From Ferruginibacter sp. (lineage in GTDB: Bacteria; Bacteroidota; Bacteroidia; Chitinophagales; Chitinophagaceae): a stretch of 64,000 nt of DNA. The translations under genes and the position numbers were made by a program. This document shows positions 47,848-57,421 of this stretch, in pieces. Under the pieces are notes generated by a model. That model worked only from the letters and a program-made list of their open reading frames with translations, was not told the origin of the DNA and ran no database searches. How positions within the stretch are numbered: the stretch's first letter is position 1; every line of letters begins with the position of its first letter. The stretch covers positions 238,655 through 302,654 of the forward strand of contig JAQBNH010000003.1 of the NCBI GenBank assembly GCA_028288705.1, written 5' to 3'.

Positions 47848-48390
47848 TTAATGTTTTTCTTCACTGATCATGATAAGGGCAAACACGGCATAGTTCAGGA
47901 TATCATAAAAATTTGCATCGATTCCTTCGCTTGCTACCGTTTTTCCCTCGTTGTCGATGATTTGTTTAATGCGTAAAATCTTGGCAAGCGTGAGATCCAC
48001 GTAACTCTCCTGGCTCATTTCCCGCCAGGCTTCCCCATAATCGTGGTTCTTATCCTGCATAAGCTTTTTTGCCAGTGTGATCTTCTCGTCATACCGGTGT
48101 TGTACTTCCGCCACTGGCAATTGTTCAGCTTCTTCTTTATGAAGGTCGAGTTGGATCAATCCAATCACTGCATAATTTAAAATTCCCTCGAACTCACTTT
48201 TGATATCGTCACCTATCTTTTGTTCTTTTTTTTCCTGAATCGTCCGGATTCGTTTTGCTTTGATATAAATCTGGTCAGCAACAGAGATCGTACGGTACAC
48301 ACGCCAGGAGGTTCCATAGTCTGCGGTCTTTTTAATAAAAGTGTCGCGGCATTTTCCTGCTACCGCATCGTATTGGTCGTTGGTCTTCAT
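47848..48390 (-). CDS. DUF1599 protein, two tandem repeats
   Basis: KKTADYGTSWR...K..RI...ILNYAVI and KNHDYGEAWR...K..RI...ILNYAVF. Confidence 0.78.
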   Translation of the reverse strand: MKTNDQYDAVAGKCRDTFIKKTADYGTSWRVYRTISVADQIYIKAKRIRTIQEKKEQKIGDDIKSEFEGILNYAVIGLIQLDLHKEEAEQLPVAEVQHRYDEKITLAKKLMQDKNHDYGEAWREMSQESYVDLTLAKILRIKQIIDNEGKTVASEGIDANFYDILNYAVFALIMISEEKH

Positions 48391-48459
48391 CCTTTGTTCA
48401 ACTTTGCTAAAAAAAACTGCAATTTTGCGTATCGTTCAAAAATACAATTAGTCTGTCAC

Positions 48460-49290
48460 ATGTATACACTAAACTGCCGCGGAAAACTGCTCAGTCTCGA
48501 AACACCTGTCGTGATGGGCATCATTAATGCAACGTCTGACTCATTTTATGAGCACGACCTCGAAACCTCGATCGATATGCTCTTAGGAAAGGTTGCCGGC
48601 ATGATCAATGACGGCGCCGCCATCATCGACGTTGGTGGCCAGAGTACGCGGCCCGGAAGCGATCGGTTGACGGCAGAGATCGAACTGAGTCATGTGCTCC
48701 CGGTCATTACGGCTATTCATCAGCGCTTTCCAAACACAATTATTTCAGTAGATACTTATTTTTCACTGGTGGCCGAACTAGCGGTGTCAGCCGGTGCCGG
48801 GATGGTGAACGATATTAGCGCAGGTGAAATGGATGAGGGAATGATCCCAACGGTTGCAAGGCTTGGCGTTCCCTATGTTTGTATGCATATGAAGGGCAGG
48901 CCCGAATCGATGCAGCAAAATCCGGTTTATGAAGATGTGGTAAAGGAAGTGCTGGATTTTTTTATCGCAAAAGCAGATCAATGCAGGAAGGCAGGCATCA
49001 AAGACCTGATCATCGACCCCGGATTTGGTTTTGGAAAGAATACGGCACATAATTTTGCGTTATTGAAAAATATGGAGGTCATTAAAATGCTCGAAGTTCC
49101 TGTACTGGCAGGCGTTTCCAGAAAAGGTATGGTATATAAAACACTGGCCTCGAACGTTGAAGCAGCATTGAATGGCACCACGGTTTTAAATACGATTGCA
49201 TTGATGAATGGCGCTGATATTTTAAGGGTCCATGATGTGAAAGAAGCGATGGAGGCGATTAAACTTGTAGTTACACTGGAGCAATCATAG
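48460..49290 (+). CDS. folP: Dihydropteroate synthase
   Basis: VMGIINATSDSFY, IDVGGQSTRPG, SVDT, NDISAG, MHMKG.P, DPGFGFGK, SRK, LRVHDV. Confidence 0.95.
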   Translation: MYTLNCRGKLLSLETPVVMGIINATSDSFYEHDLETSIDMLLGKVAGMINDGAAIIDVGGQSTRPGSDRLTAEIELSHVLPVITAIHQRFPNTIISVDTYFSLVAELAVSAGAGMVNDISAGEMDEGMIPTVARLGVPYVCMHMKGRPESMQQNPVYEDVVKEVLDFFIAKADQCRKAGIKDLIIDPGFGFGKNTAHNFALLKNMEVIKMLEVPVLAGVSRKGMVYKTLASNVEAALNGTTVLNTIALMNGADILRVHDVKEAMEAIKLVVTLEQS

Positions 49291-49309
49291 AATATTGACC
49301 GCATAAAAA

Positions 49310-49336
49310 AAGGGCCGATAATTAGTATCGGCCCTT
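49310..49336. terminator. Bidirectional terminator between folP and the FKBP gene
   Basis: Perfect 11-bp stem AAGGGCCGATA/TATCGGCCCTT between convergent genes. Confidence 0.8.
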
Positions 49337-49354
49337 AGCTATTTAAGTTCGGAA

Positions 49355-50389
49355 TTATTTTCCGGTTGTATCCATTCTTGGTTGCGCTTTTTGAATGCTG
49401 TCCATGTAATGTTTTTGCATGGCCTGCATTTTTTTCGCTTGTTCTGCTGCCAGCGCTTTCGCCTGTGATTTATTTAATACATCCAGCACGTCGATATCAA
49501 ATACTAAAATTGAATTCGGCGCAATGTCTGCACCTGCACCTTGTGCACCATATCCAAGTGAAGATGGAATGTAGAATTTAGCTTTGGCACCTTTGTTCAG
49601 TAAAACCATCCCGTCGTTAAAACCACCGATCAACGGCTGGCCTAAAGATGGATCATTCGTGAGGTTAACCACAAGTGGCTCGTGTGACCTTGCTTCTGCA
49701 TCGTTGTTTGAATCAAACCTTTTACCAGCCAATGTTTTACCGGTGTAATATACTTTTACAACATTTGAAGTGTCAGCGTTCGGACCAACACCCGGCGTGA
49801 TGATCTGCACGTAAGTTCCCTGTGCACCTTTTGTAGCCGTGATGTTATTTTTCTTCAGGTATTCGGCGATCATTTTATCGTCTTTAACCAATTGCTCTTC
49901 GCTCAGCGCCTTTTGCTTTTTCTCTCCTTCTACCATTGCCTGGGAACGTGCTGCATCAGCCTGTTCGCGGGTTTTGTAAATGTCGATCACTTTCACTGTA
50001 GTCGTCAGGTAATGACCTTTCATGAACGGCGGTGGAATTCCTTGCGGGTTTTTCTTGAACGCTGAATCAGTCATTACACGAATCACAACACTGTCACCTT
50101 TACGAACCTGGCTCAGGATCTTGAAATAAGCCGGCGGAACACTCATAGAATCCAATACTTCGAAGCCCGGCATAGTTGTTCTTGAATCAGACAACAGGCT
50201 ATCTTTTTTTCCGTCATTATAAAACTGGCTGATATGGATCTGCATGAAATTACCATACTCGATCTTCGCTGCATTTTTATCCTTAGAAATGATCTTATAT
50301 TCCAGGCCTTCTTCGCCTTTCTTAAAAGATTCCTGACAAGCAGAAAAAGCAACAACTGCCAGCAATAATAAATAAGAGACTTTTCTCAT
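49355..50389 (-). CDS. FKBP-type peptidyl-prolyl isomerase lipoprotein (two FKBP-like domains)
   Basis: Lipobox FSAC; VYYTGKTLAGKRFDS, IPSSLGYG, PNSILVFDIDV. Confidence 0.88.
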   Translation of the reverse strand: MRKVSYLLLLAVVAFSACQESFKKGEEGLEYKIISKDKNAAKIEYGNFMQIHISQFYNDGKKDSLLSDSRTTMPGFEVLDSMSVPPAYFKILSQVRKGDSVVIRVMTDSAFKKNPQGIPPPFMKGHYLTTTVKVIDIYKTREQADAARSQAMVEGEKKQKALSEEQLVKDDKMIAEYLKKNNITATKGAQGTYVQIITPGVGPNADTSNVVKVYYTGKTLAGKRFDSNNDAEARSHEPLVVNLTNDPSLGQPLIGGFNDGMVLLNKGAKAKFYIPSSLGYGAQGAGADIAPNSILVFDIDVLDVLNKSQAKALAAEQAKKMQAMQKHYMDSIQKAQPRMDTTGK

Positions 50390-50407
50390 TTTGATGATTG
50401 TTTATTT

Positions 50408-51427
50408 TTAAAATTTATAAGTACTTAATTGTTCCTTGTTTTCAGCCAGTGCTTTTTTAAAGTCTGCGATCACTGTTTCCAGTGGTTCACGGCTTTGTCC
50501 GCCTGCTGCGTTAAAATGCCCGCCACCATTGAAATAGGTGCGTGCAAAAGTATTTACATCAAACCCGCCTTTACTCCTAAAAGAACATTTACGTTCCTCA
50601 CCGCGGTCAATAATGATCGCCGCCATTTTGATGCCTTCAATACTCAACGGGTAATTCACCAATCCTTCCGTATCTCCTGTTTTGATATCATATTTTAAAA
50701 GATCGGCTTGCGGGATGGCGATGAGTACCGTATTGTATTCATAAAAAACTTCCATGCGGTTCAACAGCGTGTTGCCCATAAAACGCAAACGATTCTCTGA
50801 AAAATTATCATATATCGCTTCATGCACTTTACTATGTGCTAAACCTTTGTCTTTTAAGTCGGCAACGAGGCGGTGAACATTTGCCGTCACTGATGGAAAA
50901 CGGAACGAACCTGTATCCGTCATTACTCCCGCATAGATACACTCAGCGGCATCGGTTGTTATTTTATCTCCATGCCCCGAGCCAATGATAAAATCATACA
51001 CCATTTCAGCGGTAGAACTTTTTCCCGTATCACTCACACCAAATGCAAACATTTCTTCCTGTGGTTGCTGGTGATGGTCTATTAACACGCGCTGACCTGT
51101 AGCCGCAGCAAGCGATTCCTCCATCCGCTTCGTGCGACTAAGTGTATTAAAATCAAGGCAGAAAAGAAAATCAGCCTCGTAAATGAGGTTGAGTGCGCTA
51201 TCTGTAGAACGTTCAAAATCCACCACCGCATTTACGCCCGGCATCCAGTTTAAAAATGATGCCCAGTTCGTTGGCGAGATCACCGTAACCTTGTGGCCGA
51301 ACTGTACCAGGAAGTGATATAACCCAAGCGTAGAGCCCATAGCATCTCCATCCGGCTTCTGGTGCATTGTGATCACAATATTCTTTGGAGACTCGAGATG
51401 GGGATATAATTGATCGATAGCTTGCAT
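50408..51427 (-). CDS. nrnA: DHH/DHHA1 phosphoesterase (NanoRNase/pAp phosphatase)
   Basis: HQKPDGDAMGS, LDFN, IDHH, TDTGSF, GGGHFNAAG. Confidence 0.85.
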   Translation of the reverse strand: MQAIDQLYPHLESPKNIVITMHQKPDGDAMGSTLGLYHFLVQFGHKVTVISPTNWASFLNWMPGVNAVVDFERSTDSALNLIYEADFLFCLDFNTLSRTKRMEESLAAATGQRVLIDHHQQPQEEMFAFGVSDTGKSSTAEMVYDFIIGSGHGDKITTDAAECIYAGVMTDTGSFRFPSVTANVHRLVADLKDKGLAHSKVHEAIYDNFSENRLRFMGNTLLNRMEVFYEYNTVLIAIPQADLLKYDIKTGDTEGLVNYPLSIEGIKMAAIIIDRGEERKCSFRSKGGFDVNTFARTYFNGGGHFNAAGGQSREPLETVIADFKKALAENKEQLSTYKF

Positions 51428-51437
51428 AAATGAGGCG

Positions 51438-51515
51438 CAAAAGTAAGTTTAATTAGCTAATCAACAAATTTGGCAGTTTACGGCTTTTCTCATCTGCGGA
51501 AATCCGCTATCTTTG
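51438..51515. promoter_or_regulatory. Divergent -7 promoter boxes for nrnA and ndk
   Basis: TACTTTTG (minus, 51438-51445) and TATCTTTG (plus, 51508-51515). Confidence 0.55.
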
Positions 51516-51533
51516 CGCCCAAAATTGATAATA

Positions 51534-51950
51534 ATGACGAACAGAACCTTTACAATGATAAAGCCTGATGCTACTGAAAAAGGCAGCACCGGAGGTATTT
51601 TACAGATGATTAACGAAGCGGGATTTCGCATCGTTGCAATGAAACTAACGCACCTGAGTGCAGAAAAGGCAGGTCAGTTTTACGCAGTACATAAAGAAAG
51701 GCCCTTTTATGGTGAACTGGTAGAGTTCATGAGCCGCGGCCCGATCACAGCTGCGATTCTTGAAAAAGACAATGCCGTGGAAGATTTCCGTAAACTGATC
51801 GGTGCTACCAATCCTGCTGATGCAGCGGAAGGTACGATCCGTAAAAAATACGCTACTTCCATCGGCGAAAACGCTGTTCACGGAAGTGATAGCGATGACA
51901 ACGCTGCCATTGAAGGAGATTTCTTCTTCAGCAAACTGGAACAATTCTAA
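51534..51950 (+). CDS. ndk: Nucleoside-diphosphate kinase
   Basis: [37 protein letters not shown]. Confidence 0.96.
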   Translation: MTNRTFTMIKPDATEKGSTGGILQMINEAGFRIVAMKLTHLSAEKAGQFYAVHKERPFYGELVEFMSRGPITAAILEKDNAVEDFRKLIGATNPADAAEGTIRKKYATSIGENAVHGSDSDDNAAIEGDFFFSKLEQF

Positions 51951-51972
51951 AATAAATTACATACGTTTTGAG

Positions 51973-51996
51973 AAAGCCGCTTTATCAGCGGCTTTT
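51973..51996 (+). terminator. Terminator after ndk
   Basis: AAAGCCGCT/AGCGGCTTT stem. Confidence 0.7.
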
Positions 51997-52051
51997 GTAT
52001 TTGGGTATGATGCTTGTAAGACTTACGGCACTCACCGTAAAGAAATTGTTT

Positions 52052-52942
52052 ATGCTGCGCGTTTTGAAATATCCCCTGATCATATTTGCCTTGTTGTTGC
52101 CCGTTGCTGTATTCAATAAATCGCTGAATAGTTTTCTTTTTGGCAAAAAGGCTAACGATGAAAGTACTTCGTCTAAACAGAAGACTGCAGGTTTAAATAT
52201 CGTTCAAAAATGGGAATTGCCCGAGATCTTATTGGAAGTCTCCGGCATCGCCTGGCTGGATAACAATCGCTTTGCCACCGTTCAGGATGAACTGGGAACC
52301 ATATTTATTTACAATACCGGTTCGGGGAGAATTGAAAAGGAAATTCCATTCACTGGCGCGGGGGATTTTGAAGGAATAGACCTGGTAGGTGAAACTGCCT
52401 GGATCATGCGCTCCGACGGTTTGTTATTTGAAGTTAGTTCCATTAACCAGCCAAAGCCGGTTGTGACGCAATACCAGACTCACCTTACTGCACGCCAGAA
52501 TGTTGAAGGCCTGGCTTACGACCGAAAAAACAACCGGTTACTCGCGGCCATTAAAGGCCCGGAGGCGGCGCAGGAAAACTATAAGGGCATTTATGCATTT
52601 GATCTTGCTACAAAAACGATGGCGAAGGAACCGGTATACCGCATAAATTTTGAAAGCGAAGTTTTTTCCGGTGAGAAAAAGAAAAAGACCAATAAACTAA
52701 TCCAGCCTTCCGAAATTGCTGTTCATCCCATCAGTGGCGAGATTTATATTACCGATGCCATTGGCCCGAAACTGATTGTAATGGATGCATCAGGCGAGAT
52801 AAAATCCCTATATCATATGTCTCTAAAGGATTTTAACCAGGCAGAAGGAATGAGTTTCAGCCCGGATGGCAAACTGTTCATCTCTAACGAAGGAAAGAAA
52901 ATGCCTGCGAATATTCTGGAAGTGAGTTTGGATAAAGAATAA
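52052..52942 (+). CDS. SdiA-regulated/YjiK-like beta-propeller protein
   Basis: LPEILLEVSGI, QDE.G.IF, DFEGI, NVEGL, QPSEIAVHP, QAEGMSF. Confidence 0.7.
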   Translation: MLRVLKYPLIIFALLLPVAVFNKSLNSFLFGKKANDESTSSKQKTAGLNIVQKWELPEILLEVSGIAWLDNNRFATVQDELGTIFIYNTGSGRIEKEIPFTGAGDFEGIDLVGETAWIMRSDGLLFEVSSINQPKPVVTQYQTHLTARQNVEGLAYDRKNNRLLAAIKGPEAAQENYKGIYAFDLATKTMAKEPVYRINFESEVFSGEKKKKTNKLIQPSEIAVHPISGEIYITDAIGPKLIVMDASGEIKSLYHMSLKDFNQAEGMSFSPDGKLFISNEGKKMPANILEVSLDKE

Positions 52943-52987
52943 ACAGGGTTTAGCTTTTCAATGCCCCTTCCCTATCTTGCAGCCATC

Positions 52988-53698
52988 ATGCAGGTGTCGC
53001 TTACGATTGTTCGTTACCGGGGAATTTTTATACCGTTTGCTTTTTTTGCAATGGCCATTTTTCGCCTGCCCCTCTGGATGAATAAAAACATTTCTTTTTA
53101 TAAACTGATGGGAAGTGGTAAGAATGGAACGTTTGATAAAACACCGGACTTATACCAATGGGCGATCCTCACAGTGCAATATCAGCCTGCGTCTACGGAT
53201 GGTTCTCTTATTCAACAATTATATGGCGGATTTGTGCGGCGCTGGTTCAGGCTATTTACAAGGGAAACCTTTACCTTGTTACTTGAGCCGATCGAGGGAC
53301 ACGGCACCTGGGATGGTAAAAATGTTTTTGGTCGCTTACCTGCCAAATCAGATTACGAAGGACCTGTCGCCATCCTCACGCGGGCAACGATCAGAATGAA
53401 AAAGCTGAAGTATTTCTGGCAAAACGTGGCCGCCGTCGCCAACAAAATGAGCTGTGCAAAAGGATTTATTTTATCATTCGGGATCGGTGAAGTGCCCTGG
53501 ATCAAACAGGCAACGTTCAGCATTTGGGAATCGAAAGAAGCGATGAAAGATTTTGCTTACGGAATGAAAGAACATACCGAAGTAATAACAAAAACCCGCA
53601 GCCAGCGTTGGTATAGCGAGGATATGTTTACGCGGTTTAAAATAACCGGTAGCCATGGAATCCTGCACGGCAAAAACCCCGTGGAAGGAAAACTGTAA
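52988..53698 (+). CDS. CrtA-like (spheroidene monooxygenase / carotenoid hydroxylase family) protein
   Basis: FYKLMGSG.NG.F...PD...W, HG.WDG, VAILTRATIR, GIGEVPWIKQATFSIW, WYSEDMF.RF. Confidence 0.7.
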   Translation: MQVSLTIVRYRGIFIPFAFFAMAIFRLPLWMNKNISFYKLMGSGKNGTFDKTPDLYQWAILTVQYQPASTDGSLIQQLYGGFVRRWFRLFTRETFTLLLEPIEGHGTWDGKNVFGRLPAKSDYEGPVAILTRATIRMKKLKYFWQNVAAVANKMSCAKGFILSFGIGEVPWIKQATFSIWESKEAMKDFAYGMKEHTEVITKTRSQRWYSEDMFTRFKITGSHGILHGKNPVEGKL

Positions 53699-53703
53699 AT
53701 TTG
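53696..53703 (+). promoter_or_regulatory. -7 promoter box 4 nt before the arginase ATG
   Basis: TAAATTTG, overlapping the upstream TAA stop. Confidence 0.5.
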
Positions 53704-53707
53704 CCAT

Positions 53708-54655
53708 ATGAAGAATATCAAACTAATTGAGGTGCCATCAGAAATTGGTGCAGGAACACGCGGTGCAAGCCTGGGCGTAGATGCGATCAAAATTGCGGCA
53801 TTGGATTTTATGAGTAATTTCTTTGTACACTTTCCGTCAGAAAAAATCGAGGTGGCTAATAACCTGTTGTTCGAACCGATCCAATCCCCTTATGCAAAGA
53901 GAATTCATGGGGTATTGAATATGTATGAGCGTATCAGCAAGGCCGTTAGTGACAGCATCAAAGGGAATTTCTTTCCCGTGATTTTAAGCGGTGATCACAG
54001 CAATGCCGGCGGAACGATCGCGGGAATCAAAATTGCCAAGCCAAAAAGTAAACTCGGTGTGATCTGGATCGACGCGCATGCTGATCTGCATACACCTTAT
54101 ACAACGCCTTCCGGCAATATGCATGGTATGCCGCTGGCAACGGCGATCGCAGAAGACAATAAAGAATGTAGTGTTCATGATCTTGATGAAAAGACCGCCC
54201 AGATCTGGGAGCAGATGAAAAATATCGGTAAGATCCCACAGAAAGTGTTGCCGGAAGATGTGGTCTTTATTTCACTAAGAGACTATGAGAAAGAAGAAAA
54301 AGCATTGATCGAGAAGCATGGTATGAAAGTGATCAGCACGAGTGAAGTCAGACGAAATGGCGCAGAGAATGTGAGCAGGAAGGTATTGCGTTACCTGAGT
54401 GATTGTACTGATATCTATGTCAGCTTTGACGTAGACAGCCTCGATTCAGCGATCTCAAAAGGAACGGGAACGCCCGTTAGCAATGGGTTGCGTGAGAGAG
54501 AAGCCGAAGATCTGATCAGTAAATTTATGCAGAACAGGAAGATCTGTTGTTTTGAAATTACGGAGGTGAATCCGACACTGGATAAAGAAAACCTGATGGC
54601 AGAAATTGCCTTTAATATCCTGCAAAGAAGTGTGAACGTTTTAATGATGAATTAA
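53708..54655 (+). CDS. rocF: Arginase
   Basis: SGDHS, DAHADLH, SGNMHGMP, SFDVDSLD, GTGTPV, EVNP. Confidence 0.9.
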   Translation: MKNIKLIEVPSEIGAGTRGASLGVDAIKIAALDFMSNFFVHFPSEKIEVANNLLFEPIQSPYAKRIHGVLNMYERISKAVSDSIKGNFFPVILSGDHSNAGGTIAGIKIAKPKSKLGVIWIDAHADLHTPYTTPSGNMHGMPLATAIAEDNKECSVHDLDEKTAQIWEQMKNIGKIPQKVLPEDVVFISLRDYEKEEKALIEKHGMKVISTSEVRRNGAENVSRKVLRYLSDCTDIYVSFDVDSLDSAISKGTGTPVSNGLREREAEDLISKFMQNRKICCFEITEVNPTLDKENLMAEIAFNILQRSVNVLMMN

Positions 54656-55245
54656 TGAGAAAGATCCTAGTTTGTTTCTTGTTCGCAGCGATCTCCACAG
54701 CGGCTGTTGCCCAAAAAAATTATACTGAACAGTTACTTAAATTTCAGCAGGCCTACGTGGATTCGCATGAAGTGGTGAAAGGAAAAGACCGGGCCGCGAT
54801 CCATTTCTACCCCGTAAACAACCGTTATCATGTACCGGCGAAGTTTGAAAGGATCCAGGACTCGATAGGTTTCATGATGGCCACCTCCGGAAAAACACCA
54901 AAGAAATTTTTCAGGTACGGGTTATTGGTTTTTAGTATTGAAGGACATCCGTGCAAACTGACATTGTTTCAAAGTGAGCAGCTAAAAGCAGACCCCGCAT
55001 GGAAAAATTATCTTTTTTTGCCGTTTACAGATCTTACGAGCGGTGAGGAAAGTTATGGCGGGGGGCGTTATCTCGATATCCGCATTCCCGAGATCAGCAA
55101 CCATACACTTTGGCTGGACTTCAACAAAGCTTACAATCCTTATTGCGCCTATACGATTGGTTATAACTGCCCCATCCCGCCCCGCGAGAATGATTTGCCA
55201 ATCCCAATCCGTGCAGGCGAAAAACAATTTAGCATCGCCCATTAA
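54655..55245 (+). CDS. DUF1684 family protein
   Basis: LFLPFTDLTSGEESYGGGRYLD, LDFNKAYNPYCAY....CPIPP.EN.L...I.AGEK. Confidence 0.85.
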   Translation: MRKILVCFLFAAISTAAVAQKNYTEQLLKFQQAYVDSHEVVKGKDRAAIHFYPVNNRYHVPAKFERIQDSIGFMMATSGKTPKKFFRYGLLVFSIEGHPCKLTLFQSEQLKADPAWKNYLFLPFTDLTSGEESYGGGRYLDIRIPEISNHTLWLDFNKAYNPYCAYTIGYNCPIPPRENDLPIPIRAGEKQFSIAH

Positions 55246-56622
55246 TTACAACTGCTCCCAGATCTTTTTGCTAAACGTCTCTAATCCAGGATCCCTCGCA
55301 CCCATGAGCAGCAGCACGCAATCCTCTGTAAGATGCTCAGCCAATGCCGCGAGCAGATCGTTGCGGTCTTCAATAAAAAAAGCATTTTTTCCTAACGCAC
55401 GAATCTCCGTGATCAGGTCGTTCGACGAAATATCTTTTACGGCTGTGCCACCCGCATAAAATATTTCACTCATCCATATTTCATCTTCCGGACGAAGCAC
55501 GGCAGCTATTTCTTTTATAAAATCATTTTTTAAAAAACGCGTGGGGCCATAACCGTGCGGCTGAAACCAGGCCACAACTTTCGGCGCGATATACTGGCAG
55601 GCTGCGATGGATGCGGCACATTTCGCCGGATTATGGGCATAATCATCAATCAGGTATACGCCATGCTTTTTGCCGAGCACCTGGTGACGTCGATAGATGC
55701 CTTCGTATGTCTCCAGCGCCTTTGCACAGGTCTCCAGCGAAACGCCCAGCTGCTGCGCAACTGCCGTTGCGGCCAGGGCATTCTCCATATTGTGTTTCCC
55801 TACCGTGTTCAGCATAAACGCTGTGCCATTCACCGTGAAGCGAATGCTCAGTCCATCCTGCTCAAAATCACTGGCGACAAACCCTGCTTCGCCGGTAGCT
55901 GACGTAAAATCCTGCTGCACTTTCTGCGAAAGCCCTTTGGTGAGATAGTGTTGCTGGTTCACGATAAAAAGCACCTTCGTATTTTTTTTGAACGTCGTGA
56001 ATATGGCAATGAGTTCTTCAATCTCCTGGTGGTCTTTGTCGATGTTGAGTAAGAGTCCTACTTCCGGGTGATACTGCACGATGGATCCATCACTTTCATC
56101 GGCTTCGATGATCAACCAATCACCCGAACCCACTTTCGCATTCCCGATCTTTCCCTCCCGGATAATGCTCACCAAACCCGCCCCACTGATGATACTCGGC
56201 TTCATTCCGGCAAATTCCATCACCTGGAATAACATGGCACTGGTAGTACTTTTTCCGGAGGTGCCGGCCACAGCAATGGTTCTTTTACTTGCTGCAATAA
56301 TGGCTAACAGTTCGCTTCTTTTAATGATCGGTATGTTAAGTTTTTTCGCCAGTTGTACTTCCGGCACTGTATCTTCTACCGCAGTTGAAACAACAACAAG
56401 ATCTGTATCGCCTGTGATACCCGACCCATCCTGCAGGAAACACGAAATTCCGGCAGCCTCCAGTTTTTTACGGGTATCGTTCTCCTCTCCTGGTATAAAA
56501 TACCGGTCGCTGCCAGCCACTTCTTTTCCACTGCCCGAAAGATATTGAGCGATCGCACTCATACCCGTTCCCGCTACGCCAATAAAAAATACCTTTTGAA
56601 AATCACTGATCGATTGTATCAT
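55246..56622 (-). CDS. MurC-like Mur ligase, outside a dcw cluster
   Basis: FIGVAGTGMSAIA, GTSGKSTTS, EADESDGS, NIDKDH, DDYAHNP, FQPHGY. Confidence 0.8.
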   Translation of the reverse strand: MIQSISDFQKVFFIGVAGTGMSAIAQYLSGSGKEVAGSDRYFIPGEENDTRKKLEAAGISCFLQDGSGITGDTDLVVVSTAVEDTVPEVQLAKKLNIPIIKRSELLAIIAASKRTIAVAGTSGKSTTSAMLFQVMEFAGMKPSIISGAGLVSIIREGKIGNAKVGSGDWLIIEADESDGSIVQYHPEVGLLLNIDKDHQEIEELIAIFTTFKKNTKVLFIVNQQHYLTKGLSQKVQQDFTSATGEAGFVASDFEQDGLSIRFTVNGTAFMLNTVGKHNMENALAATAVAQQLGVSLETCAKALETYEGIYRRHQVLGKKHGVYLIDDYAHNPAKCAASIAACQYIAPKVVAWFQPHGYGPTRFLKNDFIKEIAAVLRPEDEIWMSEIFYAGGTAVKDISSNDLITEIRALGKNAFFIEDRNDLLAALAEHLTEDCVLLLMGARDPGLETFSKKIWEQL

Positions 56623-56779
56623 AGCCTTATTTATGAAGCGCTAATTTAAAGCGAAAAATATAACTCTTAACAATTAGTGCGGTTCACCGCTAACGCTGAC
56701 AAAGCAGGGAGGTACCGTCAATATCTTTTTAACAAACCGGTTATCTGCAAAAACCGTTTGTAAAGCGTAAATTAAACTT

Positions 56780-57421
56780 ATGAAAGTTCTCGCAACATTA
56801 ATCGTAGCAACCGCAGCATTTCTCTCCTGCGCACAAACTCCTGCAGATCTGAAAATCCAGGCGGACTCTCAGTCAGTACCTGCCCCTAATGAAGCCGTCG
56901 CGACTTTTGCCGAAGGTTGCTTCTGGCATTCTGAAATTGTTTTTCAGAGCCTTGTCGGGGTACGCGACGCCGTGTCGGGCTATGCCGGCGGTAAAACATC
57001 CAATCCTACATATGAAGAAGTAGCCTCGGGCGGTACAGGCCACGCTGAAGCCGTCCAGGTTTATTATGATCCGGCTAAGATCAGTTATGCTACATTGGTC
57101 GCAGCATTTTTTGCCAGCCAGGATCCTACCTCATTAAACCGCCAGGGAAATGATGTTGGAACAGAATACAGGTCGATCGCTTTCTATCGTAATGAACAGG
57201 AAAAACAAATCATCAACGCAGAGATCCAGCGGTTAACTTCAGCAAAAAAATACAACAACAAAATCGTGACGGAAGTAATACCATTCACGAGGTTTTATAA
57301 AGGCGAAAACTATCACCAGGAATATATTTCCCGTAACCCGGAAAATCCTTATGTGCAAAATGTTTCTATTCCCGATTTCAGAAAATTCAGAAGCGCGTTC
57401 AAAGGAAATTTTAAGCAATAA
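56780..57421 (+). CDS. msrA: Peptide methionine sulfoxide reductase A (exported/lipoprotein)
   Basis: GCFW, GYAGG, TGHAE, QGNDVGTEYRS, E.YHQ.Y; lipobox FLSC. Confidence 0.92.
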   Translation: MKVLATLIVATAAFLSCAQTPADLKIQADSQSVPAPNEAVATFAEGCFWHSEIVFQSLVGVRDAVSGYAGGKTSNPTYEEVASGGTGHAEAVQVYYDPAKISYATLVAAFFASQDPTSLNRQGNDVGTEYRSIAFYRNEQEKQIINAEIQRLTSAKKYNNKIVTEVIPFTRFYKGENYHQEYISRNPENPYVQNVSIPDFRKFRSAFKGNFKQ

